Of a stretch of 64,000 nucleotides of DNA, positions 26,341 to 39,393 are shown one piece after another; positions within the stretch are counted from its first letter, which is position 1, and each line of letters begins with the position of its first letter. The stretch is from Felis catus (taxonomy: Eukaryota). The stretch is taken from assembly GCF_018350175.1 (NCBI RefSeq), contig NC_058368.1, forward strand, positions 32,180,001 to 32,244,000, written 5' to 3'. The translations under genes were made by a program, and so were the position numbers. Under the pieces are notes generated by a model. The model had not been told where the DNA came from and did not search any database. It was given only the letters and a program-made list of their open reading frames with translations.

Positions 26341-26529
26341 AATCTTTTGTCCCATGTCCAATTTGTGGGTGCAGTCTCTATTAGCCCAACAGCAAGAAGC
26401 AAGTAAGGGGCAGGGACTGGCAGAGTTGCATCTGAACCGCTGGGCTCGGTCTGCAAGTTGATTCCTCAAGCTTCTGCCTTGCTCAGGCCAGCCAACTTCT
26501 GGGGTGTGGCTCTAGCAGGGCTGGAGATC

Positions 26530-26958
26530 TCAGGGGCCAATGTCTTTTTTGAGGGTCAGTTTAAGTGGGTTGACTGGCTCTGGATCACTTCGCCAGGTTG
26601 AGGGTTCCTCTGAGTTGGCCTTCTTAACTCTGGAATGAAGGACCCATGGGGTGATACCTGAAACTTTAAGGATTGTAGGAGTTGTTAGAATAACAGTATG
26701 GGGCCCAGACCACAGTGGTTTAAGAGGTTTCCTCTTCTAATCTTTGACCCATATGGAATCTCCTGGCAAAAACGGATGAATGGGGGTCCCTAAAGAAATC
26801 GGGGCCCTTTCTGTGGTGTATCTTTGTAACTTATTTAGGACAGCCCCCAAGGCCTGAAGCTGTTCCCCTTATTTCCATATCTCCAATCTGGTGTAGATCT
26901 CCTGGGAGTTTTCCTAAGCATGGGGGAGGCCACCCATACAGTAACTCGAAGGGGAAGA
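26530..26958 (-). pseudogene. pol: pol integrase C-terminal fragment
   Basis: Manual translation: PFELLYGWPPP...QLQALG...IHPFLPGDSIWVKD*...WSGPHTVILTTPTILKVSGITPWVLHSRVKK; one stop and at least one frameshift. Confidence 0.9.
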
Positions 26959-29900
26959 ATTCTTCTTATGTTGTTTTATTTTTTAGTTGTTTTAAGAATT
27001 ATTTTCTCCTAGTTAATATTATTAACCAGTTTGGTTTTAGTTTATTGGAAGCAGTCATGTGTTAATGAAAAATTTGTTAGGTTGAGGACTTCCATCAATC
27101 TATTACAACTTGGCCTAATTTGGCATCTTCGTTTCGGTAATCTGGCTAGTGAACTAGAATATATTTTTACCATCATACTTATATGATATATAGTTCAAAA
27201 TTTCCAGTAACTTAATTCTGTACTCGAGTATATCTTTATAGTTTTATAGTACACACTTCAATCCATTTATTTTCTTTGTAGGTTTCTACCATTTATTCTA
27301 ACCTTTCTCAATTGACTTATAATATCTACTACTAAAGCCAGTTTTTGATTAAGGAAAACTGATATCCGTATTTGTTAAAATATTATTTCTTCTCTCCCCT
27401 ACTCTGTTCTCCCTAAAACATGTGGGCTCTTCATCAATCAGATGAATGCATCAACTTTCTACTTGGCTATAAGATAGATAAGACTTTCAAGTGAGTTTCA
27501 TATGATCCTTTCAAGAAGTTTCATTATCTTTCAAGAAGTCCCACAAAAACACCTAGCAAATCATGCATTCTCAGCTCTATTCCTTAAAGTATAGATATTG
27601 TGTAATGTCGATTGCTGATTGATTAAAAAAAAAAAAGAACAGAAAATCCAGACACTTCCAATTTATTTTTTTAAAGAACTCTTAAAAAGAGAATGAAATA
27701 AGATAAAGTATGTGCATTTTTTACCAGTATTTCACATATGTGAAAGATCTATAATTCACAAATGCCACAATTTTAAGTGAGTTATATGCAGGTGCATTCC
27801 ATGATTGAAGTAAGGCAGAAAGCTCTCAGCATTTTGAAAGGATTTATTTTTGTCCTCTACACTTTAACTCTGTTTCAATTCATTCCCAACTATATTTTCC
27901 TGGAGTTATTTACTTATTGATTTGGACTGAGTGTTTTGTTGGCAGGATGAACTGTATGAGGAAAAGGAATTCATACACTGTACCAGAATTTGGCACAATA
28001 TTTTTCTCTTTTGTATTGCTAACCGAATATAACATTGGATCAGAACTTGACTCCTAGTGGAATTAAAATAATAAGACTAGACCTCTAGTCATCAAATCCA
28101 GTGACATATAAACCATCCCATTACATAGTTTGTTGATTTTAAAGAACAAAACATTACAGCCCAGCCACTCTTCCCACTCTCTGGTGCTTTATCAGAACTT
28201 CTATCGTGAACACATTTTTTGTTTGTTTGTTTGTTTATTTGTTTGTTTGTAACTTGCTAGACGCAAGCACTTCTATGCTTTTGACAGTCAACTTGTGTTC
28301 TTTTTAATACCTCATTGATTAGAGCTCTTTGTCATCATTACTTCCTGTTTCATTCTGTTCTCTGAATTTTTTATTTAAGACCCATACTTTTAATTTGTGG
28401 ATTTCAGTATTTCATGGTGTGCCCTTAAGAATATAGCTGACAAAGCAGATGGAGGGATATTGGACATCTAGGAGGACAGATGTATTCAGTAGAATGCCCA
28501 GGATGACCACAAGCAACTAATTAGATCTCCTGTGGGGAATGTTATGCCCTTGAAATACTTTTATATCCTTGTTGTTTTAAAATCTTTAGAATAGAACTCT
28601 GACCCTTTATTGTGAGAACTAACTTTGAATACATACTCTACTTTTGAGAATGTATTTTGCAGAATGGGAGATGAATAGATCAGTCACGTTGAGAAGGATT
28701 TAATATCAAGGCTAAGGGTGAACTTTTAATTTATCTTAGTTTATCCTCATTTAATCAATTCAGGGCTATATGACAGCCTAAAGCATTAACTTTTTGAAGG
28801 CCAAATGAGTCATCTTGTAATGTCGGTTAAATCATGTTGATTGCTAAGGTCTGCAGGATTTAAAAATGAGTTTACTCTTTTTACACAAGATTTGTTTTAC
28901 TTCTCTATGTTACTTGAATCTCAAAGGAAATTAAAAATAAAAATAAAATAAAATAAAATATTCCTATTCTATTGCTACATATGAATTTGAATTTTACCTT
29001 CTATATCATTGTGTGGCAAAGACACAATGGAAGAACACAATGGAAGACTAGGCATGGCACAGGGTGGAAGCCATGCTCTCTGATGATTCTTTATTTTCAA
29101 TGCGAGAAAGCTGCATCTGGCTTATACATCACTAGTTTATTCTTCCCTGGTTTTCCAATCATATAAATTGTTTCACTTTCTTTGTTATGGAATAAAATGT
29201 GGAACAAGGTCATGAGTTTTTTCACTCTTGGATTTATTTGCATATATAAGAAAATATCAAGAGTAGGTAATTAATTTTCCCCCTAAAAATGGTGTTTCAG
29301 GTGCCTAAGAGGAGAGTCAATGTAGGTGTTGGGACAGTCAGGTCTGGCATTGAGATAAGTATGAGCTAGAGCTAAGTAGAAAATAGCAATAAAGATAAAA
29401 CCACATATGAAGATAGCATAGAATGATGCTAAAGTTAGGAAAATGGATGACATTGGTAATGATAGAACTGTTTAGATGGTTTCGAATTCAATTTTCTGCT
29501 TGCACATGCAAGGTTCCAACATAAAGTTTCAATAGAGCATTGCTTTCCCTCACTCCCCTATCACTCAGCATTCATACTTAAAGAATTGGCCACTGTGGAA
29601 AAGTATATGGAGTGAATGATTATATTAAAGGATATTTAATATAGGATATTAAAGGATATTTTATAATAACTTAAAATATAAATATTGAATTATTATACCA
29701 TCACAAACTCTAAATTAAGTGAGAATTAGAGTAAGACATCAGAGGGCTCCAGGTACTAGCAATGTCTTGATCCAGGGGGACAAGAATACATAATTTATTA
29801 TTGTCCCTGGAAGAGGGGAGAATTCATCTTACCTTTCTGCTCTTTTTTTTTTACCCAACTCGCGGTGAAATAAATACTCTTAATTGGCTCCCTTAGGCTG

Positions 29901-30446
29901 CTGGATTTTCAAGCAACATACACCATAAAAATAGAATGGACCAGTAACTTAGTGGGAGTGAAAAAGGATCAACTAATACATTAATGCAGCAATTATGTTC
30001 TACAGAATGTTCAATTGTGCACAAATGTGTTAATCTTCAGAAAAAGTTAACAATTTTTATTTCAGCCACTATAATTGGTAATATAGAGGGAGACTAATCC
30101 CCAGAGAGCTGCTTCTTAGGATAGTTGTAATAACTAAATGGATGAAAATTGATATGAAAGATATCATAGCACTGTGCCTGGCTTAATTTAATCAACTAAT
30201 CAGTGTTATTATTATTAATATTATAATTTTAATTATTATTATGATTATGTAATTGTCTTTGAAGTTTTTAATAAAAATTTGCATCTCTTTTGAAGGGAAC
30301 TGTAAACTAGTACAAGTAGTTGGGTAACCTGAAATAAACTGGAATCTGAGTAACATTTAGCTCCTTTGGTATCAAATACATGTTAATCAGGGGCAGATAT
30401 CAAAAGATTCATTTACATCATTTTAATTTATTTTATTTCCTTTTCT

Positions 30447-30651
30447 CTAAATTTTTTAAAAAACTATTTTAGAAAGAGAGAGATAGCATACAGACCAGGG
30501 AGAGAGGCTGAGGAAGAGAGAAAGAGACAATCCTAAGCAGGCTCCACACTCAGTGTGGAGCCTACTGGGACTCCAGCTCATGACCTTGGGGTTATGACCT
30601 GAGCCGAAATCAAGAGTCCCATGCTCAATCAACTGAGCCACCCAGTGCCCC
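30447..30651 (-). mobile_element. Can-SINE
   Basis: SINEC reverse complement; 18-bp TSD tattttatttccttttct. Confidence 0.93.
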
Positions 30652-30829
30652 TATTTTATTTCCTTTTCTAACAAAACCAAGCCAAATAAATAATCAAGGT
30701 AGACTTTATTCTGTTTGGTTTTGCCTTCCTTTAAGTTGTGTTCAAAGTGAACATATTTTTTTTTAATTTTTAAAGGGAACATATATTTCAAGAATTAAAG
30801 AAAGTTACATTAATATATTGATTTGGTGC

Positions 30830-31100
30830 TTAGAACCATTCTCTATTTCCTTGAGGTTTTGGAAACAAAGTCCAAACTCCTTGGGATAGCAATGTCTGTC
30901 ATGATCTGGCTCTAGCCTATCTCTCTAAGTCTATTACCTCAAATTTCCAGTTCCAGCACAGTATACATACCTTAAAACACAAACATAGCATGTCCTAGTC
31001 ATACTGAAATTATTGCATTACTCTAAACATGATAAATTATATTTTCCTGATTTTGTACATTGAGCTCATATTCTCAGGATCTTACATGCTCACTATTAAA
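30830..31100 (+). mobile_element. L2 fragment
   Basis: aaagtccaaactccttgg...catgatctggctctagcctatctctct. Confidence 0.55.
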
Positions 31101-34100
31101 TGCTGAGATGTTTTCTTATTAAATAAAACAGAAATAAAGTGACAATAATCACAAAAATTATAACATGAAATTACTTCTTTTGAAAGTTTCTAGAATTTTG
31201 ATGGCTTTTGGATGATATAAATATATCCCAAGAAATCAAAGTCTGCTTGAATTTAAGAAGAATCATGGTATCTGATCTAAAGCTTTTTTGTAGGTATGAT
31301 AAATTTTAACTCAATGAAGATTTATTGTTGCTGATTTTTAATACATATTTACAGAAAGGAATATAGTACATAGGAGAATTTGGAAGTGTGTCAGGATTAG
31401 ATATCAAAATGTAGTTTCTTCTTTCAAATAGAATACTCTATGTAAGACCTTTCTCCCCAACTCATAGTTTGGACTTCCATGAATTTAATGAAAAACTCTA
31501 TTCAGTTTTGTGGTTATTTTTCAATTAAATGCAAACCAATTTATTTTGATCACATATAATTCAATAAGTATGACTGAAATGATGATTCTTCTGAAGATTA
31601 ACTTTTCTTACATCTATTTTATTTTCTTATAAGTTTGGATTGTAGATAAATGTTATTCAAATTGTTCTGGAGAATAAACCTCAGAAACCACAGTATTTAA
31701 AAATACTGAAGGATTTTATCCTTAAATAGTATTATAGATCATAAGGCAGGCTTATTATCAGTATATCTCAGAAAATTTGCTCTATGTATTTCACCTAATA
31801 GCTATAGTAATGTTTTGGTGTATTTTAAGATTAACACAATAATCAGATTTGTGTATTTGCTACAGATAAATGACAGTGTGACTACGTATAGCTTTTAGAT
31901 CAACTTCAAAACAATGTATGTGTGCAAAAATGTGACAAGAGTACTGATAAGTAAAATTTTTATTATATAAAAATTAGCATTTCTTAACCTCCTATGATGA
32001 TAGTAACCATCATCCTAAAAATTTAAGTCATTCCTGTCAACAGTAGTATTTAAGTTAATGACTCCAAAGCTAGTTTACTCTCTTTTTCACACTGGTCTAA
32101 TGCTCAAAAAAAAAAAAATTGTTGCATGCTTTGCTGATAAGTATGCATATTTTATTTGAAGAATATTTGCTGATATAATTCTTTGGCTAATCCTTGATTG
32201 TTAGAAGTGCTAGAGCAATGTGATACTACTCATGAATTCTGTTTGATTTAAATAGTGTTTCATTTTGGATTAGGTCTATTTGAGACACATTCCTCTGCAT
32301 CCACAGTGGCTATGTAGAACAAATAAGAGTTTTCATGCTATGTGGTTATCTCTGATTATTTCAGCTTACCATTCTTCCTATTAAACAAGTAGATTTAGAA
32401 TAAATCAGATAGCTTTATAATAGCTGATTGTGCATATATTTTGCAGGTAAAACATGTAAATTAGGGAGGAGAAAGCATGTTCTAATTTGAGTAGGAAGCC
32501 ATCAACTCTAAGTGCTTGTTTTCAATTAGATGACTACTGAGTTTTTTCTAACCACATATGCTTATCATACTGATTCAAAAAGTGTATACATATTTTTTCT
32601 ATAGGTAACAGCTGAGGTGAATTTATAAATGTAGCTCAACTGTTGTTACAAAAGGCAAAAATTCTTATCACTTAGTATAATGAAATTAATGACATGAACA
32701 AGGTGTGAAGATAATGGTGATTTGTAATGTCTCCAACTAGGTATCAATGTCTTCATTTAGTACATTCTAAAATATATACAGCAAGCTAAAAAATGAGATT
32801 GTTGGACATGCTCTGTTGATGAAAAAACACACTTCAGAAAAATAACACATTATTTAAAATATTTTGGAATTTACAGATTTCTCTTTCTCTCTTGTTCTGA
32901 ATATTTTTTACTCTAGCACGCTTTGTAATGAGGTAGTACCCTCAGGACTTGACTCTACCTTTAGATACACAGATAATGTTGCCGGAAAATGGAATAATTG
33001 CTTCCAGTTAAGACTTTGCAAATTAAAATACTTTCTTAACTATAGTGTTACCATAGACTAAAAATTGAGATCTCTTAATCATGGCAGAATAACAAATAAC
33101 TTTGGTAGGTGGCACGATGTTATGGATAGAAAAAGTAAAAAGAATTAGAAGATGCTGGTTTAGGATAATACATATAGTCTATGACACTGGCCAGATTAAC
33201 TTTTCTAGGAAATTACCATGATCATAATGGAAGGTGATACCATATTATTTGTCAGTGTCCTTCCAACTTTAAGTTGTTGTTACTATATACCTTTGTTTTC
33301 TATAATAGCCTGGGCATCCCACAGTGAATGTGGTTTGACTATGGGAAGTTAAAATTAGTTTAGTTGCAGTACCAAGTAAGTCAATTAGGTTTAAATAATT
33401 GTAAAGAAAATATGGAAAATAAATGTTTTTTTCTAACATTAGTAGTTTTATAAATGTATCAAAACTAAATTAACAGTAGTAAATGTCATCAATTTGAACA
33501 CATTTCTACATGTTTATTAGTCCTTTCCCATCGTATTTACCTTAAATCTTGAATTATATTGAACTCATCAAAGGGAATTGGCATCTATTTTTGTACATAT
33601 AGAGTATCTTTCTTCATGAGGGAATCATCAGTGATGCTGAGTACTTATGACTGGCCATATATAACTTCTAAATTCAAGTCCTAAAAATGTCAGTGATGAT
33701 TTTCGTGATCTAGGTACATTTTTTTTTTCTAAAGGCTGGAAATTAGGGGAGAGAGTGAAATTGTAAAGGAGTAATTTAAGTAGAGCAGTTTACAGTTTCT
33801 TTTTTTACTCTGTTTAAATAAAGTAAAATACACATAAAAAAGGAAACAAATTTAAAAACATATAAGCAGGTGTTTCCACAAATCAGCTCATTTCTCATAC
33901 CCTGACATGTGGATGGATATCTTGTACTTGCTAACTCCAATTCTGACTGTGGCCATACAGGTAATTGACTCATAGTGCCCTTAAGCATAATTGAGGTTTA
34001 TATTACAAATCCAATGACTAATCTTCTCATATTTTATTACATAAAATTCCATTAATATTTTGGTAAGGATCCAACCTTCCCAGAAGAATACAAATACTAG

Positions 34101-34789
34101 ACATAACAGAAAATATTAAAAATGTACACTATCTCATATATGTCATTTTTAAATGACTTAGAAGAACAGAAGAACTAATACCTTTCTCTTCATGTTCTTC
34201 TTTGTTGTTGTTTGATTTTAGATGTGAGGGATTCTTTTTTCAAAACAAGGCTGTCAGTGACGGGAAGGACTGATTAATCCATGTATTTGTACTGGGTTAA
34301 TTACATAAGGGTTATCTTGTTAATTTGTGATTGACTTTGTAAGTGCAATCAACCAGTGTTTATTAGCCACAAGACAAATTAATTATGCAGTGGTCCTATT
34401 TTCATCATATTTCTAAACTGTCCATCAAGAATTAAAGGATTTTGTGGGGTTATCACTTTTGAAGCAAATGAGAAGTTTCTGTTTTTCAAATAAACTGATG
34501 CCATGTCCACACAACTGCTTATTGTGTCCTGCTATTATTGCTTCCAAAAGTGAGAAGGAGAGATTGAAAAAACCTCAGCTCCTGGAAAATTCCAGTACAA
34601 ACGACACTAATACTTCTTTTTCATCTATTTGTTATATTAAATATAGACTATCTCATGTTCCTCTTCTCTAGGATTTCAGGTTACTGTGCTACCATAGTGA
34701 TACGAGAAAACAATTTCTTCAACATGACTTTCAAACGATTCCTCTTATTTTCAAACCCAAACCTTTTCTCACTGCTGATAACAACTTGA

Positions 34790-35020
34790 AGCTTTGTGTT
34801 GGAATAAAATAAACGTTCAGGTCAGATAGATTTAAGTATATACTTCTGCACTGCCATTTTCAGAGTAGGTGACTTATGGCAAACAGTAACCTCTCAATTT
34901 TAATTTCCTCTTTTGTAAATGTAGAATTATGATACCTATTTTCAAACATTACTGTGAAGGTCTCATTAGATAATATTAAGGGTCCTTGGGAATACTGTCA
35001 CCACTAAATATATGTCCACA
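34790..35020 (+). mobile_element. MIR
   Basis: ctgccatttt...gtgacttatggcaa...aacctctcaattttaatttcctcttttgtaaatg. Confidence 0.55.
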
Positions 35021-35308
35021 AATTTAATATCACTCTCATTCCTATTGTTAAGTAATATAATTTTTCATCTTGAATTCACTCCACCATTCGCTTCTAAACA
35101 AACATTCAGACACCTAACAGTCACTCAAATGGCACAGCACAACAACCAAACCGGCATTGAGAGACAAGTCTCTAAATGAGAAGTCCACAAAATCCACAGA
35201 TTAAATTCCATTAAAGAGTCATAAAACCACTCACATGTCATTATGTGTACAATGAGGTAACTGATTAGAAGCAGGAAGTGCTGATAATGAAAAATAACTG
35301 GTAGTATT

Positions 35309-35310
<2 letters not shown>

Positions 35311-35348
<38 letters not shown>
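35311..35348. repeat. (CA)n microsatellite
   Basis: Directly visible. Confidence 0.97.
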
Positions 35349-35350
<2 letters not shown>

Positions 35351-36769
35351 GGCTCGGGAATGGGAAGAACTCAAGAATGCACAAAGATCTGATATCTTCC
35401 CTGGAGAGATAAACGGACCCAGGAGATGGTATAAACTATACCATGCTATAAACTACATGCTATAAGCTACAATATACAGCAACGTACACATTGTAGGATA
35501 AAATAAGTCACTGAAAGTTTCAGAGATTTTCCGGATTGTAACAAAGGGTGTTTCTTAGCAGCTGGTGACAAATTGCATGGAAGAAATTATGGAAACCTTT
35601 TAAACTAGAGGACTTTTATCTCTATGCAATAGAGAGACGTTGTAAATTTTAGGTCAGGTAATATGGCAGAAAGCCAGTAATATTAAATTCTCATAGTGCA
35701 ATAATTAAGACCATTCACCAGCATGGTAAGAGTGGAAATTGACACTGAGGGATAGGTATGGAAGTTAGCTAGAGAGACATGATGGACAAAGTTGATTTAG
35801 GTCACAAAGGATATTTAATCATGTTATGGACTGGGAGTTTGAAAACAGTAATACACAAAAACTAAGAAAATAGGATCTGAGCTAGTTTAGAGGAGTAAAA
35901 TGTTAACTTTGGTTTGGACTGGTAAGATCTTTGGATAAGTTTCAGTAGAAATGTTTATCAACTAAATCTTGGAAAACTATGGGTGAATTAATTCATGTAT
36001 GAAGTTCTCTGAGTACTGTATTATGTAAGATAGAAAAACGCTGGAAAGATATACTCAAATGTTATTTTTCTTTCACATCTTCCCTTGATTAAATGTCATT
36101 TTTAAATTGAGGTGGTTAACCAGATGAACTGTCTAGGTAGCTAATTAACATTTTAAATATGTTTGGTTCAAATTTAGGAATGATTGGAAGTGAATAAGCT
36201 ATGATTAGGTATTATTATTTCAAGATTCTCACCAAAATCTTGGTTCTTTTAGGGGCAGTGATGATATATATATATAAAGCATCTGTGACACTCTAAGAGT
36301 ACTTCTCTAGATGACCTTTTGACATTTAATAATCAGAATTTAATATTGAGCCTGAATATCTTGTGCATGTGTGGATGATATAAATTGATATTTATTATGT
36401 ATTTAGATATACAAAATAGATAACATGATTTACATATCCTAAATTCTCACACAATTCTCACATACAAAAGCAAATCAACGTATAGCAACAAGTGATAAAA
36501 TTGATGAGAGCAAAGCAGAGGAGGTAATTGTAAATGTGGCTTTGAGTGAATCATAGACATCTGGGTAGGCTTTATATTTTATATAATATTCCAAAATGGC
36601 TCAAAATGATTTCAGAAATATGTTTCCAGGTGAATAATAAGAGAAAATTCATTTTAGAGGTGGAGACAATAGCTTAAGCCATTTTAGAGAGGGAGAAAGT
36701 AGTTTCTAAAATAGAAACAAAAGAATTAATATTCTGAAATTAAAGTTGATTGTCTAATAAGAAATCAGT

Positions 36770-37275
36770 CTGTGTATCTGATAGGAATTGCATTTACCTT
36801 CTACTAATAACAATCAGAAAAAATAGGAACTTAATCTATACTAATTGACTTCTCTCTTTGGTAAAAGAGGTCCAGAGATAGGCATTCTGGATCTGGTATA
36901 ACAGCTCCTTGTTTATCAGGGACATACATCCTATTCTAATTTTGCTCCAGCATCCTTAGTCCAGGTTTCCACTTTCAAATTTGCCTAATTATCCTTCTAG
37001 ATTCTAAGTAGGAAAGCAAGAAGTGTGGGGAAACAAAGAAATATACAGATGTCCCTTTGCCACTTTTCTATGGAGGAATCTTATTCAAGATTCCCACACA
37101 ATACATCCTGTTTTTAACATATTAGCAAACTTTTAACTTGGCCATGTCAACCTGTAGTGTACATTGGGAAAAACCTTTTAAAGCTGTTCACAATGTTACC
37201 TGAATAAAATGAGAGTTGTTTCCTGAGGAAAAAATAGAAGAGCTGACTTTGGGCAGGATACTAGGAGTTTTCACC
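36770..37275 (-). mobile_element. MLT1J/K-like LTR
   Basis: aagaggtccagagataggcattctggatctggtat...gctccagcatcctta...ggccatgtcaacctgtag...gggaaa. Confidence 0.6.
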
Positions 37276-37842
37276 ATGCATTTTCTGGAAATCATGATTA
37301 ATCCCAGTAACAGGTGAAAATATATATGGGAATATATGCAGGTGTCATTAGATGTGATGGAAGGGAATAGGGAAGGATCGTGAAGGGATGTAAATCACAT
37401 TTGGTTTCACTCAGTGGTCGATGCACTGTTTTCAGTTAGAGGGTTGTTGGTGTGATGGTAATATGACACTGTCGCTGGCTTGATCAGCTCTCTTTTACAG
37501 ATAGTATAGATATACTTCCTATACAGGTAGTATAGAGACTGCAATCACTTACCATATGATTTCTTTGATAAGTATTGGTAGTAGCTAAAGTTTGCTGAAT
37601 GATTTGAGGAAGAAGGCTATTAAGTGTCTAGAAATCATGCTGTAGGGCTTATTTTTTATTAAAATTTTTCATTTAAAAATTCTGTAGATAATAAAAAATG
37701 GAGTTACAAACCAAGGTTATAATACTGGCTTCATAATTTTCCCGTGTATTTACCTTTACTGGAGATTTTTATCATTATCATATGATGTAAGTTACTATCT
37801 AGTGTTCTTTCATTTGTATCTGAAGGACTTTGTTTAGTATTC

Positions 37843-38263
37843 TTTTTCTTTTTTCAAATTTTTGTTTAAATTCTAGTTAGTTACCAAATAATGTAATATT
37901 GGCTTCAGGAGTAGAATTTCATGATTCATCACTTACGTGTAACACCCAGTGCTCATCCCAAAAAGTGCCTTCTTAATACCCGTCACCTCTTTAGCCTGTT
38001 CTGCCTCCAGGAACTCTCAGTTTGTTCTTTATAGGTAGAGTTTATGGTGTGCTTTTCTCTCTTATTTTTTCCTTCCCATATGTTCATCTGCTTTTTTCCC
38101 CTTAAGTTCCACATATGAGTGAAATCGTATGATATTTGTCTTTCTCTGACTGACTTACATCTTTTAGCATAATACACTCTAGCTCCATCCATGACATTGC
38201 AAAAGGCAAGATTTCATTCTTTATGATGGCTGAGTAATATCCTGTTGTGGGTATAAGTGTGTG

Positions 38264-38294
<31 letters not shown>

Positions 38295-39312
38295 GTATAT
38301 ATATACACAAGGATCAGCTCCTTGTGTATATATGTATATCCTTGTGTATATACGTACATATATATACATACACCACATCTTCTTTATCTGTTTATCAGTT
38401 GATAGACATTTGGGCTCTTTCCATAGTTTGGCTATTATTGATAATGCTGCTATAAACATCAGGGTGCATGTGCCCCTTTGAATTAGTATTTTGTGTCCTT
38501 TGGGTAAATGTCTACTAGTTCAATTGCTGGGTCACAGCATAGTTCTATTTTTAACTTTTTGAGGAAACTCCATACTGTTTTCCAGAATGGCTGCACCAGT
38601 GTGCATTCCCAACAATAGTGTAAGAAGTTTCCCCTTTTTCCACATCCTCACCAACATCTGTTGTTTCCTGTGTTGTTAATTTTAGCCATTCTGACAGGTT
38701 GAGGTGGTATCTCATCATGCTTTTGATTTGTATTTCCCTGATGATGAGTGATGTTGAGCATCTTTTCATGTGTCTGTTAGCCATCTGGATGTCTTTTTGG
38801 GAAAATGTCTATTCATGTCTTCTGCCCATTTAACTGTATTATTTGCCTTTGGGGGGTTGAGTTTGATAAATTCTTTACAATTTTTTTATACTATCCCTTT
38901 ATCAGATATGTCATTTGTAAATATCTTCTCCCATTCCATAGGCTGCCTTTCAACTTTGTTGTTTTCTTGGCTGTGTGGAAGCATTTTATCTTGACGAAGT
39001 CTCAATAATTCATGTTTGTTTTTGTTTCTCTTTCCTCCGGAGATGTATCTAGTAAGAATTTGCTGGCCAAGGTAAAAAAAGTTGCTGCCTGTGTTCTTCT
39101 CTAGGATTTTGATGGTTTCTTATCTCACATTTAGGTCTTTCATCCATTTTGAATTTATTTTGTGTATGGTGTAACAAAGTGGTTCAGTTTCATTCTTCTG
39201 TATGTCCCTGTCCGGTTTTCCCAGCACCATTTGTTGAAGAGACTATCTTTTTTCCTTTGAGTATTCTTTTCTGCTTAGTTGAATATTAGTTGACCACATA
39301 GCTGTGCTTTCA
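37843..39312 (-). mobile_element. 5'-truncated carnivore L1 with an internal (TA)-rich expansion
   Basis: ORF2 C-terminal peptides on minus ([33 protein letters not shown]); polyT; degenerate TSD ttagtatt/ttagcatt. Confidence 0.95.
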
Positions 39313-39393
39313 TTAGCATTTTTTAGGGTGGTATAGCAGTATTCAACTCCTTCTGCTTTTGTTTACCAGGAGTGTCTTAATTTCTCCCTCATT

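Larger units (their letters stand above)
24482..26958 (-). mobile_element. 5'-truncated class I (gamma-like) endogenous retrovirus: IN C-terminus, env, PPT, 3' LTR
   Basis: Order pol-env-PPT-LTR on minus; recognisable IN and Env motifs; higher GC than the flanks. Confidence 0.95.
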
